IMG/VR virus record: IMGVR_UViG_3300049001_000044
Span: 248,001 to 312,000 of that record
Direction: 5' to 3' (one strand)
Length of the DNA stretch: 64,000 nt
Shown: piece after piece, positions 47,009 to 55,735 of the stretch
Layout: each line of letters starts with the position of its first letter
Position numbering within the stretch: the first letter of the stretch is position 1
The notes under the pieces: model-generated
The model's input: only the letters and a program-made list of their open reading frames with translations
Database searches by the model: none
Told to the model about the DNA's origin: nothing
Made by a program: the position numbers and the translations under genes

Positions 47009-49705
47009 TCAGAATTCAAGCAGACGTTTTACATGAACGCCTTGAGGAGTTGGGACTTCATGACCAAGAGCAGCGAACACACCACCCAGTTTCGCATCGA
47101 ACATCTTCTGCTCCGTCTTCTTAATGTCGACGCTGAAGTTCTCCACGAACCATTTCGGGAATCGCAGCAGTTCGGCTGGCAGGGCGATCGACTTCATCCC
47201 ATAGTTGTTGGGCTTGAGGTAGTAAACCAGACCCTTGTCACCGCTTCGAATCGACTTTGCACCCTTGTCGAACTCATCCAACAGCATGTTGTAGTTCATA
47301 GCTGCCATCGCGTGACCTGGGACACGAGGCTTCTTACCTATGCCACCGTTCTTCTGCCAAACGAAGTACTCAGCTGTGTACTGCTCCAAGTTGTTGATTT
47401 GCTTTGCCACACCCAGCAGGAAGACGTTGTCAGGGTTCTTCAACACAATCCTACGCTGGCTGTTCACGTAGTCAGAGACGGTGTCGAGGTCTTCACCATT
47501 CAAGATCATGTCCACAGTCTCTTTCAAGAACTTCTGGATAATCTTCGGGGTATCGGCCTTCTTAATCTCCGAGCCTTGCGACTTCATCTTGTCGACGCGC
47601 TTGCCTTCGATGTCGAAGCACTTGATCATGTACTTCTTCTTCGCTTGGAACAGGCCACGAACACCAACAACTTCCCTTGCCGCTTGGATGTGGGTGTCAA
47701 AGCCAGGCTGACACAGGAATCCATTCCTCATCAAGTCAGGGAACGAGTCATTCACTAGCTTTGCCACTTCATCAGCGATCGCCACTGCGGTGTCATTGTC
47801 CTCTGCACCCACGCACTTGAAGTAACCAGAGTCGGTGTCAGAGTAGATGATCGCATCGCTGTCGATCGTGTAAAGAATCTGCAGATCGCCTTTGTCGTCG
47901 ATGATGCGCTGCTTCTTCAGTGGGACTTGCTCACCAGTCAGGTAGAAGTTCAGCGTCTCCAACATGTGCTTGGTGATTCGACGGCCAGATGCGGTAACTG
48001 ATGCACCCATTCGTTCGTCACCGAAGCGGAAGGCCACGTTCAGCAGAGCGCCATACAGCGAGTTCATCGAGATTTTCTTGGTCAGCTGGAGAAGATCAAA
48101 CTGCTCAGCCAACTTCTCGTACTCTGCCTTCTTGACTGGATCCTCTTCCTTGTCCGCCAACTTGGAGTATTTCTTCTTTTCTGCCTGAAGACGAATACGC
48201 TCAGTGTACCAGAAACCAAGAATGTCTGCAACGACACCCCTTCCGTTACCTTGATCGAAGACAGTGCCGTAGCCAGAGACTGCCCACTTGTTGTCGATGA
48301 GGATCTGTTTCCATTCAGCAGCAGTCTTCACATGCTGGGTGCCATCTTCCAGAATCAGTGTGCAACGTACTGCGTGATCGCCACGGTTGATTGCTTCCCA
48401 ATCTGCTTCATCTTCAGTGTTGGTGAACTGACCGATGATCTTCTCAGGGGAGATGTTGATGGAACGAATGACGTTTGGATACAGCGACTTGATGTCAACT
48501 GATGCTGGCAGATCATGCATGCCAACCTTTGGCGACAATACAACCGCGCCCTCAACCTTGTTGTTCTGCCCAATGACCTTATCATGGACGATCTTGTTCA
48601 GAACTCTGTGTGCGTGGTTGGTAATGCCCGTCTCCACGTACTTCACAGTACCAAGAATAGCTGCGAAGTCGACGGTGTTTTCGTGCGCCATCTGATTGAC
48701 TAGCGCAATGAACTTGAACTTCTGATCCAGCTTTACCAGCACTTCAACGTCTCGTGCGTTGTATGTGATGAAGTGGATGAAGTCGTTTAGGTACAGTTCT
48801 TCCAGGGTACCGTCATAGTCCAGCTTTGGTACGTCCAGCTCTTCGTTCGCGATGTTTGCCAGCGCATAGGAGGTGCGACCTTCGAACGTGAACTTCTCGA
48901 ACAGTTGGCGGTAGTCAAGGTGCGAACGACCTTGGAACTTGTAGACTGGTTCTTCGTTGCCGAAGTGGTTCATCATCTCCTTGCGAGGAGGACGGCAGCC
49001 GGGCAGCTCCAGACTTGACAGAGCTTTTTCACCCATGAGCAACTTGATGCGTTCGCAGACGTAGGGTACGTCATAGAACTCCGAGTTCCAACCACTGATG
49101 ATGTCAGCGTCTTGGATCAAGTCAAGGGTTCGTTCGAGCAGTTCCAGCTCGTCTCGGCAAATGATGATGTTGGGCTCGAAGCCCATCTTCTGCTGTTTCC
49201 AATTCTCATGGATTTTATCCATGAACGTCTCATCTATCACATAGCCTGGCGGAGGAACAGCTAAGGTGATGTACTCGTTAGTCCACGAGCTGTAGATAGT
49301 GTTGGCGTTGATTGGGGCGTAAGGGTTCGAAGGGCCTGCAAAGCCAATCGACTGTTTGTAATCAACCTCAATGTCGAAGAAGACGAAGTTGACAGGAGGG
49401 GTGGGACGTCCGTAGTACATATCCATCAGCACTCGGGCGAGTGGACGAATATCGGACTCAAACTTGACTGGACATGCACGAGAAAGGTAGTCGAACTCCT
49501 CTTTGGAGTCTGCGTCAACCCTCGCAAGCTTGTCACCAAAGATCGACTCATACTCACCATCTTCGTCAGGGACGTAGAAGTAGTAAGGAGGTTTCACTAA
49601 GGTGGTGAAGCGCTCACGCGTCTCGATGTCGCGTTCTACAACGACGACTCGATCTTGCTTGTAGTCCATCCAAGCAGCGATGTAATTGCTAGTGGCTTCA
49701 GTCAT
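47009..49705 (-). CDS. gp43: DNA polymerase, family B (T4 gp43-like)
   Basis: ExoI FDIE, GWNSEFYD, YNARDV; DIKSLYP, KISMNSLYG, YSDTDS, KKKY. Confidence 0.97.
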   Translation of the reverse strand: MTEATSNYIAAWMDYKQDRVVVVERDIETRERFTTLVKPPYYFYVPDEDGEYESIFGDKLARVDADSKEEFDYLSRACPVKFESDIRPLARVLMDMYYGRPTPPVNFVFFDIEVDYKQSIGFAGPSNPYAPINANTIYSSWTNEYITLAVPPPGYVIDETFMDKIHENWKQQKMGFEPNIIICRDELELLERTLDLIQDADIISGWNSEFYDVPYVCERIKLLMGEKALSSLELPGCRPPRKEMMNHFGNEEPVYKFQGRSHLDYRQLFEKFTFEGRTSYALANIANEELDVPKLDYDGTLEELYLNDFIHFITYNARDVEVLVKLDQKFKFIALVNQMAHENTVDFAAILGTVKYVETGITNHAHRVLNKIVHDKVIGQNNKVEGAVVLSPKVGMHDLPASVDIKSLYPNVIRSINISPEKIIGQFTNTEDEADWEAINRGDHAVRCTLILEDGTQHVKTAAEWKQILIDNKWAVSGYGTVFDQGNGRGVVADILGFWYTERIRLQAEKKKYSKLADKEEDPVKKAEYEKLAEQFDLLQLTKKISMNSLYGALLNVAFRFGDERMGASVTASGRRITKHMLETLNFYLTGEQVPLKKQRIIDDKGDLQILYTIDSDAIIYSDTDSGYFKCVGAEDNDTAVAIADEVAKLVNDSFPDLMRNGFLCQPGFDTHIQAAREVVGVRGLFQAKKKYMIKCFDIEGKRVDKMKSQGSEIKKADTPKIIQKFLKETVDMILNGEDLDTVSDYVNSQRRIVLKNPDNVFLLGVAKQINNLEQYTAEYFVWQKNGGIGKKPRVPGHAMAAMNYNMLLDEFDKGAKSIRSGDKGLVYYLKPNNYGMKSIALPAELLRFPKWFVENFSVDIKKTEQKMFDAKLGGVFAALGHEVPTPQGVHVKRLLEF

Positions 49706-49713
49706 AGGAATAG

Positions 49714-49745
49714 GAAAATGGCTCTAAGAGTACATACTTAGAGCC
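49714..49745 (-). terminator. Hairpin/terminator
   Basis: ggctctaag...cttagagcc followed by atttt on the minus strand. Confidence 0.55.
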
Positions 49746-49763
49746 GTGGTAAATCAAGTTTGC

Positions 49764-50060
49764 TTACATGTCACGAATGATGGCAAGAACGTCTGCTTCA
49801 GCCATGATGGTGAAGACTTCGCCTTCAACCTTCACTTCTTGGCCAACGTTCTTGGCGAAGATCACAGTGTCACCTGCTTGAACTTGCAGTGGCTTCACAT
49901 TGCCGTTCTTGTCTTCACGGCCTGGACCGACTGCAATCACAACACCACGGTCAGGGCGTTCGCTCGAAGTGTCGGGGATGTACAGACCACTTTCGGTCTT
50001 CTTGACGGTGTCTGCTTTTTGGACTACGATGCGGTCCAGGATAGGATTGATTTGTGCCAT
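49764..50060 (-). CDS. groES: Co-chaperonin GroES
   Basis: PILDRIVV, KTESGLYIP, GVVIAVGPG, EADVLA. Confidence 0.95.
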   Translation of the reverse strand: MAQINPILDRIVVQKADTVKKTESGLYIPDTSSERPDRGVVIAVGPGREDKNGNVKPLQVQAGDTVIFAKNVGQEVKVEGEVFTIMAEADVLAIIRDM

Positions 50061-50063
50061 TTC

Positions 50064-50417
50064 TTATTCCTCAATGCTGTTGAATTGTGCGGATGCGGCG
50101 ATGGAAGTGTTCAGCATCAGCGCTTCCAGGGCCATTTCCATTTTCTCGATCTCTGCCTTCTTCTGATCAAAGTTGTTGTTGAAGAACAGGGAGACCAGAG
50201 TCATGAACATCTTAGGCTCGATGCCAAGCTTCTCAACTGCGCTCTCCTTCAGCGTCTTGATCGACTCTTGTTCATCGAGGATTTTGGTCTTGCATCGCAC
50301 TGCTTCGTCGACATAGTTCTGGAGTTTTGCACGATCGGACGGGTTGTTCAGAATTTCGTGGACATCACGGAACTTCGAAGCTTTCTTACCGGTCGTTGTG
50401 AGTTGATTCTTGGCCAT
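50064..50417 (-). CDS. T4 DsbA-like double-stranded DNA-binding protein
   Basis: LQNYVDEA......I......K......E.LGIEPKMF..L pattern. Confidence 0.65.
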   Translation of the reverse strand: MAKNQLTTTGKKASKFRDVHEILNNPSDRAKLQNYVDEAVRCKTKILDEQESIKTLKESAVEKLGIEPKMFMTLVSLFFNNNFDQKKAEIEKMEMALEALMLNTSIAASAQFNSIEE

Positions 50418-50501
50418 CTAAATTTCTCCTAAAATGAGGTGGTGCTTAACTATGAAATTGTAATTTGCTAGCCATCGTAAAGTTACTTCGGCCTGCCTGA
50501 C

Positions 50502-50864
50502 TTAGATCGTATTACTGAGGGAGATGTGCGCGCTAATGGAGTAAAGAATCTCTTCAGTCTCTTTGTACTCTTTCGCCTTCGCCACATAGAGTCGTGCGAC
50601 TTGCTTGTCGGCAAACTCAACCTTCTCTTCGTCTCGATCGCGGAATTTGGATACGACGATGAATTGCTCGTCGCTGACTTTGTTCAGCAGCGCGCACAGC
50701 CGATGCATGAGGCCTTGAAGCTGGTTTAGGCACTCATCATAGGTTGGGTAGTAGTGTGAGGTGATGATCATCTCGGCCGCGTTTTTGGCAATGGAAACCA
50801 GGGGCTCCACAGCAAGGAGCCGGCAGCTCTTAGAGAGCCGAGCATTGTAGATGTATTTGGACAT
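50502..50864 (-). CDS. Hypothetical protein
   Basis: 120-aa ORF in operon. Confidence 0.65.
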   Translation of the reverse strand: MSKYIYNARLSKSCRLLAVEPLVSIAKNAAEMIITSHYYPTYDECLNQLQGLMHRLCALLNKVSDEQFIVVSKFRDRDEEKVEFADKQVARLYVAKAKEYKETEEILYSISAHISLSNTI

Positions 50865-50866
50865 GG

Positions 50867-51418
50867 TCAGTGCAGAGAAGCCGGTGTTGGTGGGATTTCT
50901 CGATGAGCAGACGTTGCACGGGTTGCTTCTTCCTCCATCATCTTTCCCTTCTCATCCATGTAGACGTTAGGGTTGATGGCGATTCGCATCTTGATCTTGT
51001 AGTTGGCTGCCTCTAACTGCATACGGACAGCAACGTAGTCGCCGAGAGGATCAAACCGTCGGGTGACGACTACTGGAAATTGGTTGTCTTCCTTCACCAA
51101 ACTCTCTGCGTACTCTTCAGCGATCGCCTCTTGCGTCAACTGCTCTTCAGTGGGTTCGATGGTAGGAATCGAAGGGAAGAATTCAGGGTTGTAATCCACC
51201 GATTCGGTGTAGTCATCATGGTCAAGCTTGTTGTTCTCAAGCATGAAGTCGACTGCTTCTTGCCCTGCCGAAGCAGCCTCCATGTCGTTGGTGAAATCGT
51301 AAGAGCCGATGGTTACCCGCTTGACGCCGAAGTTTTGGCCTAACAGGAATTCCAAGCTCGCTGCTTCACCCTCCAAATCCAAGATGTAGAGGGCGGGCAG
51401 AATCTTGTTTGCGATCAT
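50867..51418 (-). CDS. Hypothetical protein
   Basis: 183 aa, ATGA-coupled. Confidence 0.65.
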   Translation of the reverse strand: MIANKILPALYILDLEGEAASLEFLLGQNFGVKRVTIGSYDFTNDMEAASAGQEAVDFMLENNKLDHDDYTESVDYNPEFFPSIPTIEPTEEQLTQEAIAEEYAESLVKEDNQFPVVVTRRFDPLGDYVAVRMQLEAANYKIKMRIAINPNVYMDEKGKMMEEEATRATSAHREIPPTPASLH

Positions 51419-52479
51419 ACTGGTCCAAGAATTTTCTTGCTCGCAAAGCGTGCTTCTTCTGTGTCAGTCACAACTGCTGATGAGGATCCAACCGTGAAAA
51501 GATCGGTTGAGATGTAAGCCTCAGGTACCAGCATTAGAGGTGGGAACAACTCCGAGAGAAGTGCTTGGCTGGCGGTGAGTCTTCCACTATCGTGGGCCGT
51601 GTTGAAGTCATCCGATAGAATCGACTGATCAACTACAAAGTTTAGGTACCTGTCGGTTGATTGGTAAGGGGTAGACGCGAGTAAGAAGAAGGCCTCATCG
51701 CTCACATCGTTCTTCACAACTCTAATCTTACCAGCGGTCAGACCTGCGATTACGTCCGTGCTGTACAGGTACCACTTCGAAGTTCCACCATTCGCCTCAG
51801 CCTGCACGACGTAATCTATGTTCGACCATGAACCACGAGTGAGGGATGGCAACAGGGTTTTGTTGCGCGTCAGGGTAAGAGTGCGAGTGGTAGTTGACTT
51901 TTCGGTATAGATGATAATATCAACGATCGCGCCAGCAAAAATCTGTGTCCTGAACGTGATGCGAGACGGCTCCAGAAGGAAGTCAGTCGTATCAACGCCA
52001 TTCACCCGCACGGTGATTCTACCCTCGTCAATAGCCAGCTGGTCAAAGCGCAGGTTCTTGCCAACACTGTCCTTGCCAGAAATCAGCGTAGTGCTGGCGG
52101 AGGGCTTGAATTGATACTGCTGATAGGCGACATCGCCCACTCTCTTCTGCTCTAGCGAGATGGTGAGCTGGGTAGGAAGGGCAGTTGGAGAGTCGCTTCG
52201 CACCGCCAACACCAAGCTTCCTGTCGCAGAGGTGGAGAGGGTAAAGTTTGGAGTGACAGATACTGCTCCAGCTTTGGCATGAGTCACGCCACGAGCATAC
52301 CACTCCTCAACACCGTTCACTGCCTTAGTAGCAGTGGGTTGGGCGGTTTCTTTCGTTGGGATAAGCCTACCTAGGCAACCCTTTGTGATCGTGCAGCTGT
52401 CCGGCGTTACACGAAGGTTGTCCTTGACAAAGCTCTTGCTTCTTCGGCACGTGGTGCACTCGTAGTTTACGTAACTCAT
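51415..52479 (-). CDS. Late protein with N-terminal Cys4 motif, probably structural
   Basis: YECTTC...SCTITKGCLG; beta-rich; TAAATA at 52505-52510. Confidence 0.65.
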   Translation of the reverse strand: MSYVNYECTTCRRSKSFVKDNLRVTPDSCTITKGCLGRLIPTKETAQPTATKAVNGVEEWYARGVTHAKAGAVSVTPNFTLSTSATGSLVLAVRSDSPTALPTQLTISLEQKRVGDVAYQQYQFKPSASTTLISGKDSVGKNLRFDQLAIDEGRITVRVNGVDTTDFLLEPSRITFRTQIFAGAIVDIIIYTEKSTTTRTLTLTRNKTLLPSLTRGSWSNIDYVVQAEANGGTSKWYLYSTDVIAGLTAGKIRVVKNDVSDEAFFLLASTPYQSTDRYLNFVVDQSILSDDFNTAHDSGRLTASQALLSELFPPLMLVPEAYISTDLFTVGSSSAVVTDTEEARFASKKILGPV

Positions 52480-52515
52480 GATTTTCCAAATAGGTGGGAT
52501 GGAATATTTATCCCA

Positions 52516-52707
52516 TCACTTACCCTCTACAACCTCATACAGCTGCTCCATCGGCACCCACTTCTTCCAATCGAAGGTGTCGTCAACAGGCGTGATCTCG
52601 ACAAGCGACATCTCACGTGGCGGCTTGCCTGGGACGGTGGTGACTCGTTTGACGGCCTTGCGACCCGTCAGCTTAACTTCGGTTCCATCAAACACAAATG
52701 TCTTCAT
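52516..52707 (-). CDS. Small hypothetical protein
   Basis: 63 aa; SD ggag. Confidence 0.65.
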   Translation of the reverse strand: MKTFVFDGTEVKLTGRKAVKRVTTVPGKPPREMSLVEITPVDDTFDWKKWVPMEQLYEVVEGK

Positions 52708-52752
52708 GCACTACTCCAAGATGTTGGCTGTCGAATGACAGCCTCCACCTAT

Positions 52753-52941
52753 TTACTTCTTCGCGTAGTGCTTTTCCAGACGAGCAATCGATCGACCAAC
52801 CCATGCTAGACTCTGCTCGATGTCTTGCATCGTATCTTGGAATTCCTTCCAATGTTTTTCCCAAATGTGGTCTGGCATCCGCATGTAGTCAAGGGGCTTT
52901 TCCTCCTTGACTTTCTTAACCTTCTTTGCAGGATCGCTCAT
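52753..52941 (-). CDS. Small hypothetical protein
   Basis: Start at 52941, ATGA-coupled to a 34-aa ORF (52938..53042). Confidence 0.55.
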   Translation of the reverse strand: MSDPAKKVKKVKEEKPLDYMRMPDHIWEKHWKEFQDTMQDIEQSLAWVGRSIARLEKHYAKK

Positions 52942-53038
52942 GTCATCAACACCCATATCCATAGGATTATAGCCGGAATCCAGAAAAGAATTCGATCCCT
53001 TCTGAATTTCCGATTGTGCTTCTCAATCTGCTCTTCGG

Positions 53039-53665
53039 TCATAGACCCAAAGCTTCTTTGACGAGCATACGAACCACTGCGCAGGTCTCAAGCGTCTGGC
53101 TTGCATCTTGCAGTGCGTCATGTTGACCACGTTCGTTGAAGCCCATCGCCTCGAACAGGAGGTCTGACTTGAACAGGCCCATGGTGATAAAGCCCAGCGC
53201 TGAAGTGTCCAACACTACGTGGTGCATTTGGATCCATCCTTCGCTGTTGGTGGTGCGCTCTACACTGAACTCGATACCAACGGTCATCGTCAGCTGGTTG
53301 GTAAAGCGGCGGTCGAACTCAGGGTTGTGGCCCAAGAACATCACCTTGTTATCAGGACCCCAATATTTCAGGATTAGTTCGAGTAGGGCGCCTGCCGCTT
53401 CTTCCTGTGTGAAGCCATTCTCTTCCAGGTACTCACGGGTCAAACCATGGATCTTCTCTGCCTCAGGCGACCACTTGTACTTCGAGGCGTCGAACTTGAT
53501 ATCGATCTTCAGCTTCTCGACAGGGGAGAAGTCCTTCGTGCGGAACACGATGATACCAATCTGGATGCCTTGGTACTCAATCGATGAGTCCTTGCCCCAT
53601 GCTGCGCCCGACGTTTCCCAGTCAACACAGAGGCCGAATTCCGGGGTTACTTGCTTAGTAGCCAA
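53039..53665 (-). CDS. DEDDh 3'-5' exonuclease (DnaQ-like)
   Basis: VDWETSG, GHNPEFD, HDALQD; TTG start at 53665 with SD aggag. Confidence 0.88.
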   Translation of the reverse strand: MATKQVTPEFGLCVDWETSGAAWGKDSSIEYQGIQIGIIVFRTKDFSPVEKLKIDIKFDASKYKWSPEAEKIHGLTREYLEENGFTQEEAAGALLELILKYWGPDNKVMFLGHNPEFDRRFTNQLTMTVGIEFSVERTTNSEGWIQMHHVVLDTSALGFITMGLFKSDLLFEAMGFNERGQHDALQDASQTLETCAVVRMLVKEALGL

Positions 53666-53850
53666 ATTACTACTCCTAAAGTGTAGATGATTAGCATGTG
53701 ACTCGCGCATGTTGGGAGGCTGTTCATCCAGCGATAGGGTAATGGCTTCGTCGTGATGGCTTGACACAGTAGCGCAGGCCAGATCAATAAGACGGTGATG
53801 GCCATACCAATAGACCAGATGATGTTCCATCCAACGGCGCGAGTCAGCAT
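53647..53850 (-). CDS. Small membrane protein
   Basis: 67 aa, two hydrophobic segments; fills the gap. Confidence 0.5.
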   Translation of the reverse strand: MLTRAVGWNIIWSIGMAITVLLIWPALLCQAITTKPLPYRWMNSLPTCASHMLIIYTLGVVIWLLSK

Positions 53851-53851
53851 G

Positions 53852-54436
53852 TTAGTCTTGTTTCATACGTTCGATCACCTCAACGAGACGGTAGTCGATG
53901 TGAATGGATTCGATGATAGCGTGAGGAAGACCGCCACCCACAACGAAGTCTTCGACCTCCTTGGCGTGGAACTCTCTACTCGCTTCATCAGCTCTGTTCG
54001 CTTCCGCAACGAATGGGATTTCTTCGCGGATAGGAACGATCAGTTGGCGTCGATACATTGTGCCTGCCAGATAGCGGCACGTTGCTTTGTAAGCGGAGAG
54101 GCGGTCTTGATCAACCTTTCCACCTAGACGATTCGACCACAGCTTCGCATAGCCCCATAAATCTGCAGGGGTACGATCAACTAAGGTGACGATGCCACTT
54201 TTGGTAATTTGCAGATCGCGATCATACATTGCTTGCATGATCGCATCTTGCAGGGCCCACATATTTTCTTCGGACTCCTGCGCGTACTTCAGGGAGTCCC
54301 AACCCAACACCGCTTGCGCAGTGCGAGAGAGTTGGGTATCTACCACAGGGTACCCGGCAGCTTTCACGGCTTGTAGAATGGTGCTCTTTCCGGTACCATG
54401 GGTACCGCAGAGACCGACGACGGATAGTTCTGTCAT
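53852..54436 (-). CDS. P-loop kinase/ATPase (AAA_28, NadR/Ttd14-like)
   Basis: GTHGTGKST, LVDRTPAD. Confidence 0.8.
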   Translation of the reverse strand: MTELSVVGLCGTHGTGKSTILQAVKAAGYPVVDTQLSRTAQAVLGWDSLKYAQESEENMWALQDAIMQAMYDRDLQITKSGIVTLVDRTPADLWGYAKLWSNRLGGKVDQDRLSAYKATCRYLAGTMYRRQLIVPIREEIPFVAEANRADEASREFHAKEVEDFVVGGGLPHAIIESIHIDYRLVEVIERMKQD

Positions 54437-54912
54437 TTGCCCTCGTAATCTTTTGCTTCGGCGCAGTTCAAGCCATCCACATTCGGCCAGACATGAGTGA
54501 AGTCGCCGTCAGGAATGTTGGTGAGGAACCACGTCTTGTTGGATTTGATGTGATAGAAGGTTGGGCCCCTCAGGAAAAACCAACCATCCCAGTTGTCATC
54601 ATCGGTATCCTTCTTATCGAAGAGAATGAAGTAACCGTTGCGATCTTCGAGATAACAGATCTTCTGCGTCTTGTACTCACGGAAGAGAGCTGCATAGGCA
54701 TCATCCAACGTCAGCTCATCTTCCTTCGGCCCCAGCTCCTTGGCCTGCACTGCAGCTTCGACCTTCACCGTCTTCTCGCTGTAGCGACCATAGATGAGAG
54801 TGATGAGGATCAGGATCGAGACAATCACGATAGCTGCTGCCGCGAACATGTTTACATTCTTGTACCACGGCCGCTTGATCGGAGGTTCGTAGTTGGGGTT
54901 GTTGTAGCTCAT
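54433..54912 (-). CDS. Membrane-anchored hypothetical protein
   Basis: KRPWYK followed by a TM helix. Confidence 0.7.
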   Translation of the reverse strand: MSYNNPNYEPPIKRPWYKNVNMFAAAAIVIVSILILITLIYGRYSEKTVKVEAAVQAKELGPKEDELTLDDAYAALFREYKTQKICYLEDRNGYFILFDKKDTDDDNWDGWFFLRGPTFYHIKSNKTWFLTNIPDGDFTHVWPNVDGLNCAEAKDYEGK

Positions 54913-55517
54913 TTTGCCAGGTCTTTCGATTTGAGGAAGTCGACGAACTCAAACAGCTCGTCAGTTTCTTGGATGAGATACTTCGCGCCGGACGTCGGCT
55001 CAATCCACTCGTAACGTACCACGCCATTTTCGAACTTGCGACGCAGATTGAAGATGTAGTCAGGCAGAACGACCGCGACTGCAGTCATCAGACCGCCCAG
55101 TGAATCTTCATCTTCATGGAAGGGCGCGAAGGGGAATCCACTCTTCTCAGCCAACACCAGTGCCTTCTTGATGTCCACGTGACGGCCGCCGTTCAGCGTG
55201 ATGTAGGTTTTGTAGTTGTCGGCCCAGTCAGCAACCATTTCGGTGTGACGAGGTTCAACGGCTGCCATTGGGTGAACGTACTTGCGGATGATGTCCACAG
55301 ATGCGTGGCCGGTTTGGATGCCCTGCTGGATCGAGCTGAGGTAGAAGTTGACGAAGGCGTACAGACGCAGCTCAGGTTTGTACGTTGGTTCCGGACCGGC
55401 TTCGTCCTCTTCCTTGTCAAGGACGACGAAGCCGGCGTCTTCGAGAGCCTTGCGCAGTTCCGCAGGGGTTATCTCTTCCAGCTTCTTCATCGCGTATTCG
55501 AAAAATGCTTGATTCAT
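54909..55517 (-). CDS. Peptidyl-tRNA hydrolase type 2 (PTH2)-like protein
   Basis: YLSSIQQGIQTGHA, KTYITLNGG, FHEDEDSLGGLMTAVA; ATG 55517 with SD aaggag. Confidence 0.55.
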   Translation of the reverse strand: MNQAFFEYAMKKLEEITPAELRKALEDAGFVVLDKEEDEAGPEPTYKPELRLYAFVNFYLSSIQQGIQTGHASVDIIRKYVHPMAAVEPRHTEMVADWADNYKTYITLNGGRHVDIKKALVLAEKSGFPFAPFHEDEDSLGGLMTAVAVVLPDYIFNLRRKFENGVVRYEWIEPTSGAKYLIQETDELFEFVDFLKSKDLAK

Positions 55518-55525
55518 AGTTCTCC

Positions 55526-55684
55526 TTAGGGTGAGATTCGATGTTGTTTGTATTTGCGGAGGCCGCACGTCTGGCATTCCCGCTCTTGAATGAACGAGTA
55601 GCCTTTCACCGCGCCAGTGCGTGAGCTAATGATTTCAGTTTTGTGGATGGTGCTCCAGCGGCCCCAACTATGGAAGTGAAACAT
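55526..55684 (-). CDS. 52-aa zinc-ribbon-like protein (not in ORF track)
   Basis: MFHFHSWGRW...QERECQTCG; SD aaggagg. Confidence 0.65.
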   Translation of the reverse strand: MFHFHSWGRWSTIHKTEIISSRTGAVKGYSFIQERECQTCGLRKYKQHRISP

Positions 55685-55695
55685 GTTGCCTCCTT

Positions 55696-55724
55696 ATCAT
55701 ACAGCTATTGTAGCTTGATGGCAA
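55696..55724 (-). promoter_or_regulatory. Sigma70-type promoter TTGCCA-N17-TATGAT
   Basis: Canonical spacing, immediately upstream of the SD of 55684. Confidence 0.6.
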
Positions 55725-55735
55725 CCTCAATGAAA

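Noticed and set aside
47009-49705. Intein or intron in the DNA polymerase or helicase
   Set aside because: Lengths and motif spacing are normal; no intein terminal signatures seen
52967-52972. TATAAT as a promoter for 52753..52941
   Set aside because: Lies within a 34-aa ORF (52938..53042) and has no matching upstream box
55520-55735. Apparent non-coding gap that might hold a tRNA or ncRNA
   Set aside because: Explained by a 52-aa ORF with a strong SD and a sigma70 promoter; no cloverleaf or T-loop consensus found
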